The notes below the pieces were generated by a model, which had not been told where the DNA came from, made no database searches, and was given only the letters and a program-made list of their open reading frames with translations. This document shows positions 23,783 through 47,147 of a DNA stretch of 64,000 nucleotides, piece after piece. Made by a program: the position numbers and the translations under genes. The first letter of the stretch is position 1. Every line of letters begins with the position of its first letter. Source of the DNA: the human T2T-CHM13v2.0 reference genome, Homo sapiens; assembly GCF_009914755.1 (NCBI RefSeq), contig NC_060929.1; one strand, given 5' to 3'.

Positions 23783-25316
23783 TTTTTTTTGAGACAGGGT
23801 CTCACTTTGTCACCCAGGCCGGAGTGCAGAGGTACGATTTCCACTCACTGCCACTCACTGCAGCTTCCTTGACCTCCCAAGTTCAAGCAATCCTGCCTCT
23901 GTCCCCCAGTCCCCCAAGTAGCTGGGACTACAGGCACAGGCCGCCACACCCTGTTAATTTTTGTATTTTGTGTAAAGACAGGGTTTTGCCATGTTGCCCA
24001 GGCTGGTCTCGAACTCCTGAGCTGAAGCCATCCGCCAGCCTCAGCCTCCCAAAGTGCTGGGATTACAGGCATGAGCCACCACTCCTGGACTGAATTTTTT
24101 AAAAAGCTGATTAGTATGAAAACATGTCCTAGTGTCACTAAAGTTGAAGTGATCTATGACTACTCTAGTTCTGAAACTTAAAAGCTCAATACTAGACACC
24201 AAAATGAGAAATATTTTTAAAAAAATGTTTCTTAGAATAGAGACGGGGTCTTATTATGTTGCCCAGGCTGGTCTCAAACTCCTAGGCTCAAGGGATTCTC
24301 CTGCCTCAGCCTCCCAAAGTGCTGGGATTGTAGGTGTGAGCCACCCAGCCCAGCCCAAATGAGAAATCTTTAGTTTTACTTCTATCTCCATTTCCTTTGA
24401 TTGGCTTTTGACCATGTCATTTAGCTTGTCTGTATCCCTATATGCTCATTAGACAATTAGACTCAATGTTATGAGAAATATTAATTCACTTAAGTAGAGT
24501 GGTTGGGAGGGTTGCCACTTAGTTACACTGGGAAGCTATGGATTCAATCAAGTTTCTGAAAAATATGGTGGATTTCCTTTCCTAAAATGGGTAGCCAGAG
24601 TTAAAAGTGGAAGATGCTATGCAAAAATGAACTTGGAAAGAAACCTAAGAGGATAAATAAGAGGGAAATTCCACCACGTGTGTTTGCCCTTCTCTTCAAT
24701 CATTCATTGGCCATACTTCATTCCTTTCACTCCAGAGTGTATTAGACAGAAACAGGAAGTTGGGGTTGCAGTGTATGTTGTCATATCTAGAGAACATAAC
24801 AAACAGAATACTCCTAACCATGGTCCCACATGTTCATTTTACATAGGATCAGGAAGGAGCAAAGTAGCCCGGCACTGGACTGGGTTTCTTCTTGTGTCAC
24901 CCAGTCTTTAACAAGATGCAGGGAATCAACTACACCTCCAGGGTTCCCTGTATTCTTTTCCATTTCTAGAGACAAAGGATACAACCTACTGAAATACAGC
25001 ACTCTTTTGAAACACTACAAAATATATTCTTCACCTTACCTACAAGAATTTACATGTTTACATTCTTGCTGTAGGTTTAAAATAATAAATGTCATTTATA
25101 GAGGCAGCGTTTTGAAAGTCACATATTAGGAAAAATTTTTTTTTAATTTTGCTGGTAATTGTGATCATGCTGTGCGTTCTTGCATATACCTTCTAGTACA
25201 GAGGGAGAGGCACAGAGGTGGAAGTGCCAATTAGGGAAACTGGGCCACCCAAAACTGGAGCAGGGCGGAATACTTGTCAACCCATGCATCTCTTTGGATT
25301 AAGAAGCATGTAGCAA

Positions 25317-27232
<1,916 letters not shown>

Positions 27233-27413
27233 CATTTTTCTTAATAGTATGCTGTGAGCATTTTTTCATGTGACCATCTTTTAATAAATACCATTGTTAA
27301 TGGCTTCATATTCCACTCTATGGATGTAATATAATTTACTTTGTCAATTTATTATAGACATTTAGGTTGTTTCTCTTTTTTTTGTGGTTTTCTTCTTTCA
27401 TTTTCTTTTTTTT

Positions 27414-30377
<2,964 letters not shown>

Positions 30378-30714
30378 GCCCTTCACTTTTTAAAAGAGTG
30401 GGTGTTATCTTTTTCTTAATAATTTGTAAGAGCTCTTTATATTTTCTTATGCAAATAAAACATACGCTAAGGATGGTAATCGAATATAAATATTAACTTG
30501 CTTGTGATTTACTACAATTGTTTCTCTGTTTCACTACCAGTTGTTCGACTTTATAGTGTCTTCTGTCACATGAAAGGCACAAATTGTGTGTCTAAGTTAT
30601 CAGTTTTATCCTTGGGTTTTTTTTTTTGTTTCCTTTATTTTTTCTTGGTTTGATATCATGCTTACACATAAAAGCACGAGCAGGTCCTCTCCCGACACAT
30701 AAGTTGCTTATACG

Positions 30715-30930
30715 GAAACAATGTGGTGTAGAGAAAAGAAAGTGGATCAAGCCCCTAATAGACTTGAGTTTAAATGTGGTACAGCCAAGTTGTGGCGCCC
30801 AACTTCCATATTCTGTAACGTTAAACACGTCAATCTCATCCTGTTTCCTTATCTGCAAAATAGTACCCACCCCAGAGGGTGATACAAGCATTAAAATGCC
30901 CGGCACGGGCAAGGCATCCAGCAAGTGTTA
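30715..30930 (+). mobile_element. MIR
   Basis: CTGTTTCCTTATCTGCAAAATAG core with MIR-like flanks. Confidence 0.55.
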
Positions 30931-31936
30931 ATTCCCTTTCCTCTGCCCCGCAGAGGGGCATTATTAATTGCTTAAAGTGGCCAACTCCCGATAAAGATTA
31001 AAACAGAAGGTTGGGGACGGTAAATTTTGGTGAGTTTACGTTCCACCCGTTTTTCAGGTATCTTCTAGAAACATTCCATTAAACTACAAACCCCATAATG
31101 CATGTACAACTACCATAAAATTTCTACGTTATGAAGTCCTTGTGGCTTAGGGGAGGGCGAACAGCCAAATATCTTTATTTTCCAGACTTTCCCTCTTTGA
31201 GACAACCTCTCCCCACCTTCCCTCTAAACAAATGTGATTTTTCTTTTTCATAGAATGCCAACTTCCCAGGTGTTAAAGTGAGGCTACGGTTATAAGGCGA
31301 AAAGGTGTCACAATTAGAGAAACAACTTTGAACACGGTAATACTGATTTTTAAAAATCTCGAATGGGCTCTGTGGTTCTGATACTCTGGCTGTTGAAATA
31401 ATTCACCTACTGCAGATTTAGTAGAAAGAAAAATAATTAGCATGATTATACCTAGTAGCCATTTCTACCCTCTTGAGAGTCTGGGCTTGGCTCCCCGCAC
31501 GTCTGCTTTCCTCAGCCGCAGGGCTCCCGCGTTCTCATGCCTGACACAGTCCGCGTTCGCATGCCACGGTGGAGCATCCCCTCAGCGTGCCCTACCGCTC
31601 CGGCGCCGGCTCGGCAGATGTTCCGCCTGCGCAGAGCTGAGCATAGGCGCCGTGTGAGCGCCGATTCACCCAGGCCCGAGCGCGAGGCCCAAGCGGGGTA
31701 CCCGGCGAAGGGCGTGCGCCGCAGCGTCTTCCGCAGCTTGAAGCTCGGAGGAGCTGCGGCGCAGCTTCGGGAGCTTAGAGCTGGGGAAGACGCTGCGGCG
31801 CGCGCCACTCGAGCCTGCGCGGCCGCTTCCCGGCGCAGCACCCCCCTCTCGCCCTCTGCGCAGCCCCACCAGCCCGGACTCCGAGGCAGCCCCGGACGGG
31901 GGGAGGTGCGGGAGGAGGGGCTCCTCAGGGAGCGGC

Positions 31937-31948
31937 GGGGAATTCCCC
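31937..31948. promoter_or_regulatory. Palindromic NF-kB site GGGGAATTCCCC; related GGGGTAATCCCC at 31997-32008
   Basis: Perfect 12-bp kB palindrome. Confidence 0.6.
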
Positions 31949-32023
31949 CTTCCACCGAACGTTCCCGATTGTTCACCGTCCTCACGTCAGCAGCAGGGGG
32001 TAATCCCCGACTCCAGCTGCTCC

Positions 32024-32031
32024 TGACGTCA
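32024..32031. promoter_or_regulatory. Full CRE palindrome TGACGTCA (CREB/ATF); variant TCACGTCA at 31982-31989
   Basis: Exact consensus within the CpG island. Confidence 0.7.
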
Positions 32032-32082
32032 CCGCGTGGAGCCACCGCCCCCCGCGCGCCCCTGCTCCGGGGCCTCCTCGAA

Positions 32083-32150
32083 GCCCCGCCCCCAGCCTTA
32101 GCCACGCCTTCTCCCCCCTCCCCCCAGGCGCCCGACGTAGAGGGCGGAGC
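32083..32150. promoter_or_regulatory. SP/KLF GC boxes (GCCCCGCCCCC 32083-32093, GCCACGCC 32101-32108, AGGGCGGAGC 32141-32150)
   Basis: Motif matches in the proximal promoter. Confidence 0.6.
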
Positions 32151-32340
32151 TTCTTTGACCGCGGCGTGAGCGGTTGCTTGGGCCAGAAGGTTCTCTGGTG
32201 GAGGCGCTCTTCCTGGTGTCCCGCCCAGTAGGTTCGTTCGCACCGCTTCTTCCACACTCTTTCTCCCTCCTTCTCCTCGCCCCGCCTTCCCTCCCTCCTC
32301 AATCCCTCTAGTTCCTTCCCCGCCTCGCCACTGTGCACGA

Positions 32341-32350
32341 TCTCGCGAGA
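32341..32350. promoter_or_regulatory. TCTCGCGAGA palindrome (CGCG element; BANP/ZBTB33-type motif)
   Basis: Exact 10-bp consensus palindrome next to the inferred TSS. Confidence 0.85.
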
Positions 32351-32359
32351 CTTGGCCCA

Positions 32360-32516
32360 GAACATTGCGGATCGGGTCGGCGCCATTTTGGGACTGAGAC
32401 TGGTTGTGGGGGAGGGAAAAGCGGCAAAAGGGGATTATTCAAAGTACCGAAAACCTTCTCCCGGGATCAGGCGCGGCGGCACCCCCAGGCCAGGGGCACC
32501 TCTGGTGGGGCAGAAG
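32360..32516 (+). other. GPBP1: Exon 1 (5'UTR, AUG-free); TSS approximate, may start up to ~100 nt further upstream
   Basis: Follows TCTCGCGAGA element, contains YY1-type GGCGCCATTTTG, ends at AAG|GTAACA followed by G-rich intron start. Confidence 0.75.
32379..32390 (-). promoter_or_regulatory. YY1 motif (CAAAATGGCGCC on - strand)
   Basis: GGCGCCATTTTG just downstream of the inferred TSS, a typical YY1 position. Confidence 0.7.
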
Positions 32517-33752
32517 GTAACACCGTCCTCTAGGCTCCACGCCCGAGCCCGGGGGAGGAGGGGAGTGCCCGTGTCCGTGTTGGGGTTTGAGGGGTCGGGA
32601 GCGGCGTTGGTGGCGCGAGGTGTGAGGCTGCCCGCCGACGGAGGGGCGGCGAGAAGCAAGGAGTGAGAGGGGGGAGAGGCGCAGATAGGCCCCTCTAGGT
32701 ATTGACTCGGCCCGGGTGGAGCGGAGGTGGTGGTTGTGAGGAGGGGGTGGGTGGTTTAGCCCCGGCGGCTTGGTTGGGGGGTGTTTGGCGTTTGGCGGAG
32801 GCTGGGAGCGAGTCCGACGCTCTCAGTGCTCGGCCTTCCTTCCCCCGGCCTCTTGCACACGCCCGCCTGGTTTTGCACCACTACCCTTCTCAGGGCTGAG
32901 GGAGTCGAGGCCGAGTTGTGGCCTTCGGCGGTTTCTTCAGCAGCGCCTCAGCTTTCCCCGCCTCTCCCAGGTCCGTGGCACTTGCCGTGGACTGGGGCGA
33001 AGGCTACTTTGTTCCTTTGAGTCCTGTGGGGTCTGAGGGGACATGTGCATTTTTGAGAGAGAACCATTCTTTGGTTTACGAAAAGGGCCCTGTACCTTCC
33101 ACCCCCTCAGTTTTGGGAGAAACCTGTTTTCTTAATTCGAGGAAGTGGAAACCTACACCTTCTAGCCCTTTGCTCCCTCAGAAGTGGGGAAGTCTCCTCG
33201 GGAGAATTTAAGAAGCGGGTTTGCCCTACTTCTAGTTCACCTTTCTGGCCTTACTGGGTGGGAATATGCCTCCTCTAGTAGACGTTCTGATTTGGAGGGA
33301 GCCTCTTTCTCTTTACACTTATCTCTGAGTTACATTCGCTAATACTCCGTGGCAGCACACCTGTCTTCGCTTTCCTTGGTCCATCGAAGAGGGTTGGAGA
33401 TCTTTTGTAAGATTATGTGTCAATTTCATAGTTTTAAAATTTATTCAAGAAGTATAAGAAGGTTTGCTTATATAATTCCCCAGTATGGGATCTGCACCCC
33501 TTCCCAGGTGAAATCTGCCCTTGCCCTCCATAATACCGTCACCTACCGTTTTTCCCTCCCTCTACTCCGATGTCTTGTTCATTCAGTAGACTTTTATCGG
33601 GTGCTTGCTTGGGTAAAGAAGCCCTTTTCCAGGCTCCTGTAGGGTTATATAGAAGTGATTTTCTCTCCAGAGGTTGACTTTTTAAGTTGGGGATTGATTT
33701 TTTTAGCTCAAAATCAAAACTCAGTATATAATTTTTTTTATAACTTTTACAG

Positions 33753-34705
33753 GTGATTGAATTACTCAGATATGAAGATCATCATCTAGGTTTTGTGTAA
33801 AAGGCCCTGGATATTTTAAGTGGCCATTTTGGATTTACAGTGTTTTTGGATAATTTTGCCCCAGAAGTTTATTAAAATTGGCAAGAATCGTCTGTGAAGT
33901 GAATTGATAGTAGTGAACAATTCAGCAAGCTACTTAAAAAGAGACCCAGGCAGCATTTCTTCAGTATTTTGGTTCAAACGGATTATATAACTGGTTACAG
34001 TATTTCAGCTGGTGGTAATTTTTGCCTCCCCTTCCCCCACCCCGTTGTTGGGGTTCTTCAGCCGAAACTGAGAGACGTTGATTTGTGTACTGAGTAGTTT
34101 CAGCAGTTTCAAATGACTGAGTATTGCTGAAGTTTCATGGCAGTTTATTTTTACCTTTATTGAAAGTTTTAGGAATTTTTGACTTCAGCTCTTTCATGTC
34201 ACAATGGGACACTTTTTCTGAATGAAGAGATTGAAAGAATACAGAGTTTTTTTCCTTTTATCTTTTATTTACGTGGAAATTTAAGATGTTGCAGTTTTCC
34301 GGCAGCATGGTAGTATTGAGATAGCTATGTGTGTCTCTGTATATGCTGATGTTTAGGAATGCTCTTCAGATGTGAAATTTTCTTTTTGTTTTTGCTTTTT
34401 GGCTCGTAAATTGGATATTTCATCTGGAGTGGACAAGTACAACAGTGGCAAGTACATGGAATAATAAAGAAGACTTTGATCTTAAATCTAAAGAACTTGG
34501 CTAATTCGGGAGATAGCCATATGAAAACTTTAAAACAGAAGTATGGGTAGCTGACTTGAAGTAACTCTATGTCAAATAGTCGTAGGTTAAGTATCTTCAA
34601 AGAACTTCGATATTATTTCAGAGGATACAAAATAAAAATACAAACTGGAAAATAAAGATTACAGAGAAAAAACCAACACCTTCCTGTGCAGTCCTGTTGG
34701 AATTT
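33753..34705 (+). other. GPBP1: Exon 2, 953-nt non-coding 5'UTR exon with many uORFs
   Basis: T-rich tract + TAAC + ACAG acceptor; GTAAGT donor; no recognisable repeats; 17 ATGs, all with short ORFs (max 28 aa). Confidence 0.8.
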
Positions 34706-35745
34706 GTAAGTACTATTATGGTGAGCAAATCAAATGTTCATTTGTAAACTGTAATCAGAGTTGAGTTTATCCTATGTTATTCTCGGAAGCCTTTCAGTTT
34801 CTTGCAGTAACATTGCTTGGTTTCAGTTTCCTTGACAGTCTGAAAACAACTATTAACCATTGTCTGAGTAAACTGAAATTCAGAAAAAACGTTTAAGGCT
34901 TAGGAACTTTTCAGATTCAAACAGTCCTAAGCTACAAGTTTTTGCGCTTTTTAAGTAAAAAGCTAAATTCGTATGGCCGGTATATATTGCCTTAGGCTTT
35001 GAAGATTCATTCACAGTGGTAGAAAGGTAGGAAAAAATGCAACAAATAATTCACCACGTGTCTTCCTAGCCAGTTTGTATTCTAAATGCGTGTGCCTTGG
35101 TAGCCAGTTGACTTTGCAAATGTGAGTTTAGACTGCATTCCAAATGCAGTTTAGTGTTGCATTTGGAGTTACATAGTTTGGTTATATTACAGGTAGTAGT
35201 TCTTAATGTATTTCATGAACTAGCTTGGTTTAAGGCATAGTTGTTCCTAACATATTAATCCGTTATAGAAATTAAGTTTTTGAAATAGTTTTGTTGAAAT
35301 GGTTTTGTATTTCAAATTATTTCTTTACTTTCAAAAAAAGAGGGTATTACCAGGACCAGAAGCTCAGAGGAACTGAGCAAGCTGAATTAAGAACCTTTAA
35401 AATAACTTAAGAAAATATGAGTATACATTTTTTTTTCCACTCAAGAGGTTATGCTGGCCTAAGTTTGTAAGCAAAGCTTTTTTTTAAAAAAAGTTGTGAA
35501 TTAATTGCTATAATAGAAATTGTTTTGACAGGTGAGAGAGTTATCGTTTAATGTTTGTATTTTTCAGGATTAAACGGTGTTTTTAGTTACCGTTAGTTAC
35601 TACATTTAATTTTTCGGTGAATCATAGGCATTTAATGTTTTTTAAAGAGATACACTAAAATTTAATTTTTTTTTCTCTTTGACTAATGACAAAATTTAAT
35701 TTTTAGGCAGTTAATATTAGTGAACACGAGTATAACTAAAATTAG

Positions 35746-42550
<6,805 letters not shown>

Positions 42551-42582
42551 TTAGGTTTATTGGGGTGTAATGTACATAACTT

Positions 42583-42983
42583 TGTTAGTCTGTTTTTGTG
42601 TTGCTTTGAAGAAACACCTGAGACTGGATAATTTATAGAGAAAAATGGTTTTATTGGCTCTTGGTTCAGCAGGCTGTGTAGGAATCTTGGTAGTGGCATC
42701 TGCTTGGCTTCTGGTGAGGCCTCAGGGAGCTTACAATAATGGCATAACTGGAGCAGGCATGTCACATGGCAAGAGGGAGCAAGAGTGAGGTGAGGGGGGA
42801 GGTGCCACACACTCTTTAAACAGCTCTCTGGTGAACTATCAGCAAGAACTCATCACCAAGGGGTTGGTGCTAAGCCCTTCAGGAGGGATCCGCTTGCACA
42901 GTTCAACACCTGGCACTAGGTGCCGCCTTCAACATTGGGGATCACATTGGATATCTCATGGGACAGACATCCAAACTGCATCA
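42583..42983 (-). mobile_element. MST-type MaLR solo LTR within old L1M fragments
   Basis: TGTTAGTCTGTTTT..ACCTGAGACTGGATAATTTAT..GCTTCTGGTGAGGCCTCAGGGAGCTT..ACATCCAAACTGCATCA. Confidence 0.8.
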
Positions 42984-43507
42984 ATGACAAGAAAATTCTT
43001 TAAAGTGTATACAGTTGTGTAACTGCAGAATCAGAATATAGAATATTTTCATCACCCCAAAAAGTTACCTTGTGTCCTCACCCATCATCGTCAGTCCCTG
43101 TAAAGTCCCAGTCTGTTTAGTATCGATGTCCTTTCCTATTGGGTATTTTCCGGAATGTCAAAGGAATTATACAGTGGATTAGCCTTTCATGCATGTTGTT
43201 TCATGTATTATAGTTGATGTTTTTATTTCATTTTATTTATTAACTCCCTGTGGGGACATCTTAGTTGATTTTTATTATTGCTAAATAGTATTCTCTTGTG
43301 TGGTTATACCACAATTTGTTTATCAGTTCTCTCGTTCAGAGACATTTTGTTTGTTTCCAGTTTTTGACTGTTGCAAATAAAGTGAATAGGAACACTTGTG
43401 CATAGGACTTGGTGTGGACTTAAGTTTTCATTTCTCATATGAAAATCCCTAGCAGAACTGCCCGGGTCATGTGAATTGTGTGCCTTCCCACCAGCAATGG
43501 GTGTTAG

Positions 43508-43693
<186 letters not shown>

Positions 43694-43991
43694 TAGCTGG
43701 GATTACAGGCACATGCCACAATGCCCGGCTAATTTTTGAATTTTTGTATTTTTAGTAGAAACGGGGTTTCATCATATTGGTCAGGTTGGTCTGGAACTCC
43801 TGACCTCAGATGATCCACCCCCTTCAGCCTCCTGCAGTGCTGGGATTACAGGCGTGAGCCACTACGCCTGGCTAGTTATGTCTTTTAAATTTTAACCCTT
43901 GTGTATAGTTGGAATTAGCATTATGTCTTTAATTTGCATTTCCCTAATAATGATAGCATCTTTCCGTGTGTTTTGGTGAAGTGTCTGTTCA

Positions 43992-44192
<201 letters not shown>

Positions 44193-45306
44193 CTACTGCA
44201 GAGGCTTGAGCCCAGGAGGTAGAGGTTGCAGCCTGGACGATGAGAGTGAACCTTGTCTTAAAAAAAAAAAGGCAAAAAAATTGGGTTGTCTTAACGAATT
44301 GTGAGAATTCTTCATGTATTTTGGATACATGTTTTGCAAATAATTTCTCTCAGACTGTGGTTTGTTTTCATTTTCTTGATACAGTGTCTTTTGAAGAGCA
44401 AAAATTTTAAGTACTGAAATAAAATGCCTGGTGGCTCATGCCTTTAATCTCAGTACTTTAGGAGGCTGAGGCTGGAGAATCCTTTTACGCTGGAAGTTCA
44501 AGACCAGCCTGGGCAACATACTAAGACGCCTATTCTCCAAAAAATTTAAATTAAGTGGGCATGGTGGCATACCTCAGCTACTTGAGAGACCAAGGTGGCA
44601 GGTTTGCTTGAACCCAGGAGTTCAAGGCTGTAGTGAGCTATGATTGTGGCACTGCACTCTGGTCTGGGTGACAGAGCGGGACCTTGCCTCTTTAAAAAAA
44701 AAAAAAATTTTTTTTTTCTTTCATGGTTTGTGCTTTTGTGTCCTAAGAAATCATTGCCTAACCCAAGGTCATAGAGTTTTCTCCTGTCTTGTAGAAGTTG
44801 TGTAATTTCGTTCTTATCTTTTAGGTCTTTGATTCATTTTGAATTTTTTGCATGTGGTGCGATAAAAAGATGTTCACTTTTTGGGGGGTGGGGTACACAG
44901 GGTCTCACTCTGTCACCCAGGCTGGAGTGCAGTGGCGTAATTAACAGGTCTCTGCAGCTTTGACTTCTTGGGCTGGAATGATCCTCCTAATCCTTTTGAG
45001 TAGTTGAGACTACAGGTATGTGCCACCACACCTGGCTGATTTTTAAATTTTTTTGTGTGGAAACAGAGTCTCACTGTGTTGCCCAGAGTGGTCTCAAATT
45101 ACTGGACTCATGGGATCCTCCTGCGTTGGCCTCCCAAAGTATTGGGATTACAGGCGAGAGCCGCTGTGACCACCCCTATTTTTTTTTTTCCATGTAAATG
45201 TCCAGTTGTGCAAGTTTCATTTGTTGAAAAGATTGTTTCCCATTGAATCACCTTGAAATTTCTGTGATGAAAATCAAATTATGTGTGTCTATTTCTGGAC
45301 TCAGAG

Positions 45307-45308
<2 letters not shown>

Positions 45309-45352
<44 letters not shown>
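45309..45352. repeat. (GT)22 microsatellite
   Basis: Direct reading. Confidence 0.95.
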
Positions 45353-45360
<8 letters not shown>

Positions 45361-46199
45361 TTGTATGTATTATGCTAATTCTATGGAATGCTAGTCCATA
45401 AATAAAATAGTATTTGATTTTTTTTTCTGCTTTAACATTGGATGTCTTACATTTTCTAAAATATTTTATAGGAAATTTGGAGCAACAGGGAAATTGTTTT
45501 TGTGGGTGTGTGAAGTAAGACCTGTTGCAAAATAACGTCATCTTGAATTCGTATGTCAATCTTCTTTTAAGTGGCTTGAAATGTTAGATATCTAATTCAT
45601 ACTTGAGCATACTTAGAAAATGACAACATTTCTATACTGGAAATGAGAAAGTAGGATGTAAAAGTATCAACTTATTTACTATGATATATTATCTCAACAG
45701 TGGATTTGGGACTCTTCTCTCTTGAGTGCTAATTATGTGCTAGAGATTTCCTTTGCCTCAGGAAATGTTTGAGTGCCTATGGTATCGTTGGTGCTGGGGA
45801 TTTTCTAGTGAACAAGGCAAAAATGTAAGATTCCTCTGTCCGTGAAGTTTGCTGTGAAGTTCTATGAATACAGAATAAAAAGAGTCCTTGAATTTGAATT
45901 ATGGTTTCATGCCATCTGTTACATTATATAATAGCTATGTGATATTGGCCAACATAGTCTTTATGACTTAATTCTTGCTCTATAAAATAGTGCCTCACAG
46001 AGTTGTTGTTATTAAAGTCAAGTGAAATAATGAATGCTAAATGCTTTGAAATTGTAAAATAATACAGACAGTGGTGTTGTGGCTGGTCACAGGTGATAGT
46101 GGTTGAAGACCATATCATATGATCAACCAGGAGGGAGAGATTATGAATTGGAGGACATAGGTAAGTATAAATTGAAGGGACAGAAGAAGCAGAAACCAG

Positions 46200-46255
46200 A
46201 TATATATATATATATGTATAATGTATTTGTGTATATATAATATATATGTATATAT
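46200..46255. repeat. Imperfect (TA)n repeat
   Basis: Direct reading. Confidence 0.8.
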
Positions 46256-46269
46256 GACATTTAAAATTA

Positions 46270-46407
<138 letters not shown>

Positions 46408-46883
46408 TTAACTGGGCATGATTGTGCACGCCTGTAGTCCCAGCTACACAGGAGGCTAAGGCAAGAGAATCGCTTGATCTCAGGAAGTGGAAGTTGCAGT
46501 GAGCTGAGATCGCACCACTGCACTCTAGGCTGGGCGACAGAATGAGAGACTGTCTCAAAAAAAAAAAAATGGTTGAAGCACATGCATTCCACTCTTGGGA
46601 TAATACTTGTGTAATTTGTGGTATGATACCATAGCTTTAAAAGGTATATTTATGCAAATGATCTCAAGTTTAAATTTCCAGTTCAGATCTTCTCTCCATA
46701 TTCCAGGCTTATAGCTTAACTGCCGTCTTGACTTCTCTACCTGTAAAATTTAACGTTCAGTGCTACACTCAGGCTGGACATGGAGGCTCACGCCTGTAAT
46801 CCCAGCATTTTGGAAAGCTGAGGCAGGTGGATTGCTCGGGAGTTTGCGACCAGCCTGGGCAGCATGGTGAAATCCTGTCTCTA

Positions 46884-47147
<264 letters not shown>

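Larger units (their letters stand above)
31480..33010. promoter_or_regulatory. CpG-island promoter
   Basis: Abrupt high GC and dense CpG in otherwise CpG-depleted DNA; no Alu between ~30380 and ~35785. Confidence 0.95.

Noticed and set aside
23306-23872. 188-aa ORF as a gene
   Set aside because: L1 ORF2 C-terminus fused to an antisense Alu; no promoter or splice context
32184-32198. Heat-shock element (AGAAGGTTCT)
   Set aside because: Only two nGAAn units; a third correctly phased unit is absent
31512-32255. 247-aa (-) and 210-aa (+, 31537-32169) ORFs in the CpG island
   Set aside because: Low-complexity Ala/Arg/Pro/Gly translations, open on both strands because GC-rich DNA lacks stops; no recognisable domain
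34343-34504. Read-through of the TGA at 34373 would give a ~53-aa hydrophobic-then-charged peptide (MLMFRNALQM*NFLFVFAFWLVNWIFHLEW...KELG)
   Set aside because: In-frame stop without a read-through context; hydrophobicity follows from the U-rich sequence. Revisit only if orthologs lack the stop
33753-34705. Exon-2 circular RNA driven by flanking inverted Alus
   Set aside because: Intron 1 contains no Alu to pair with those in intron 2
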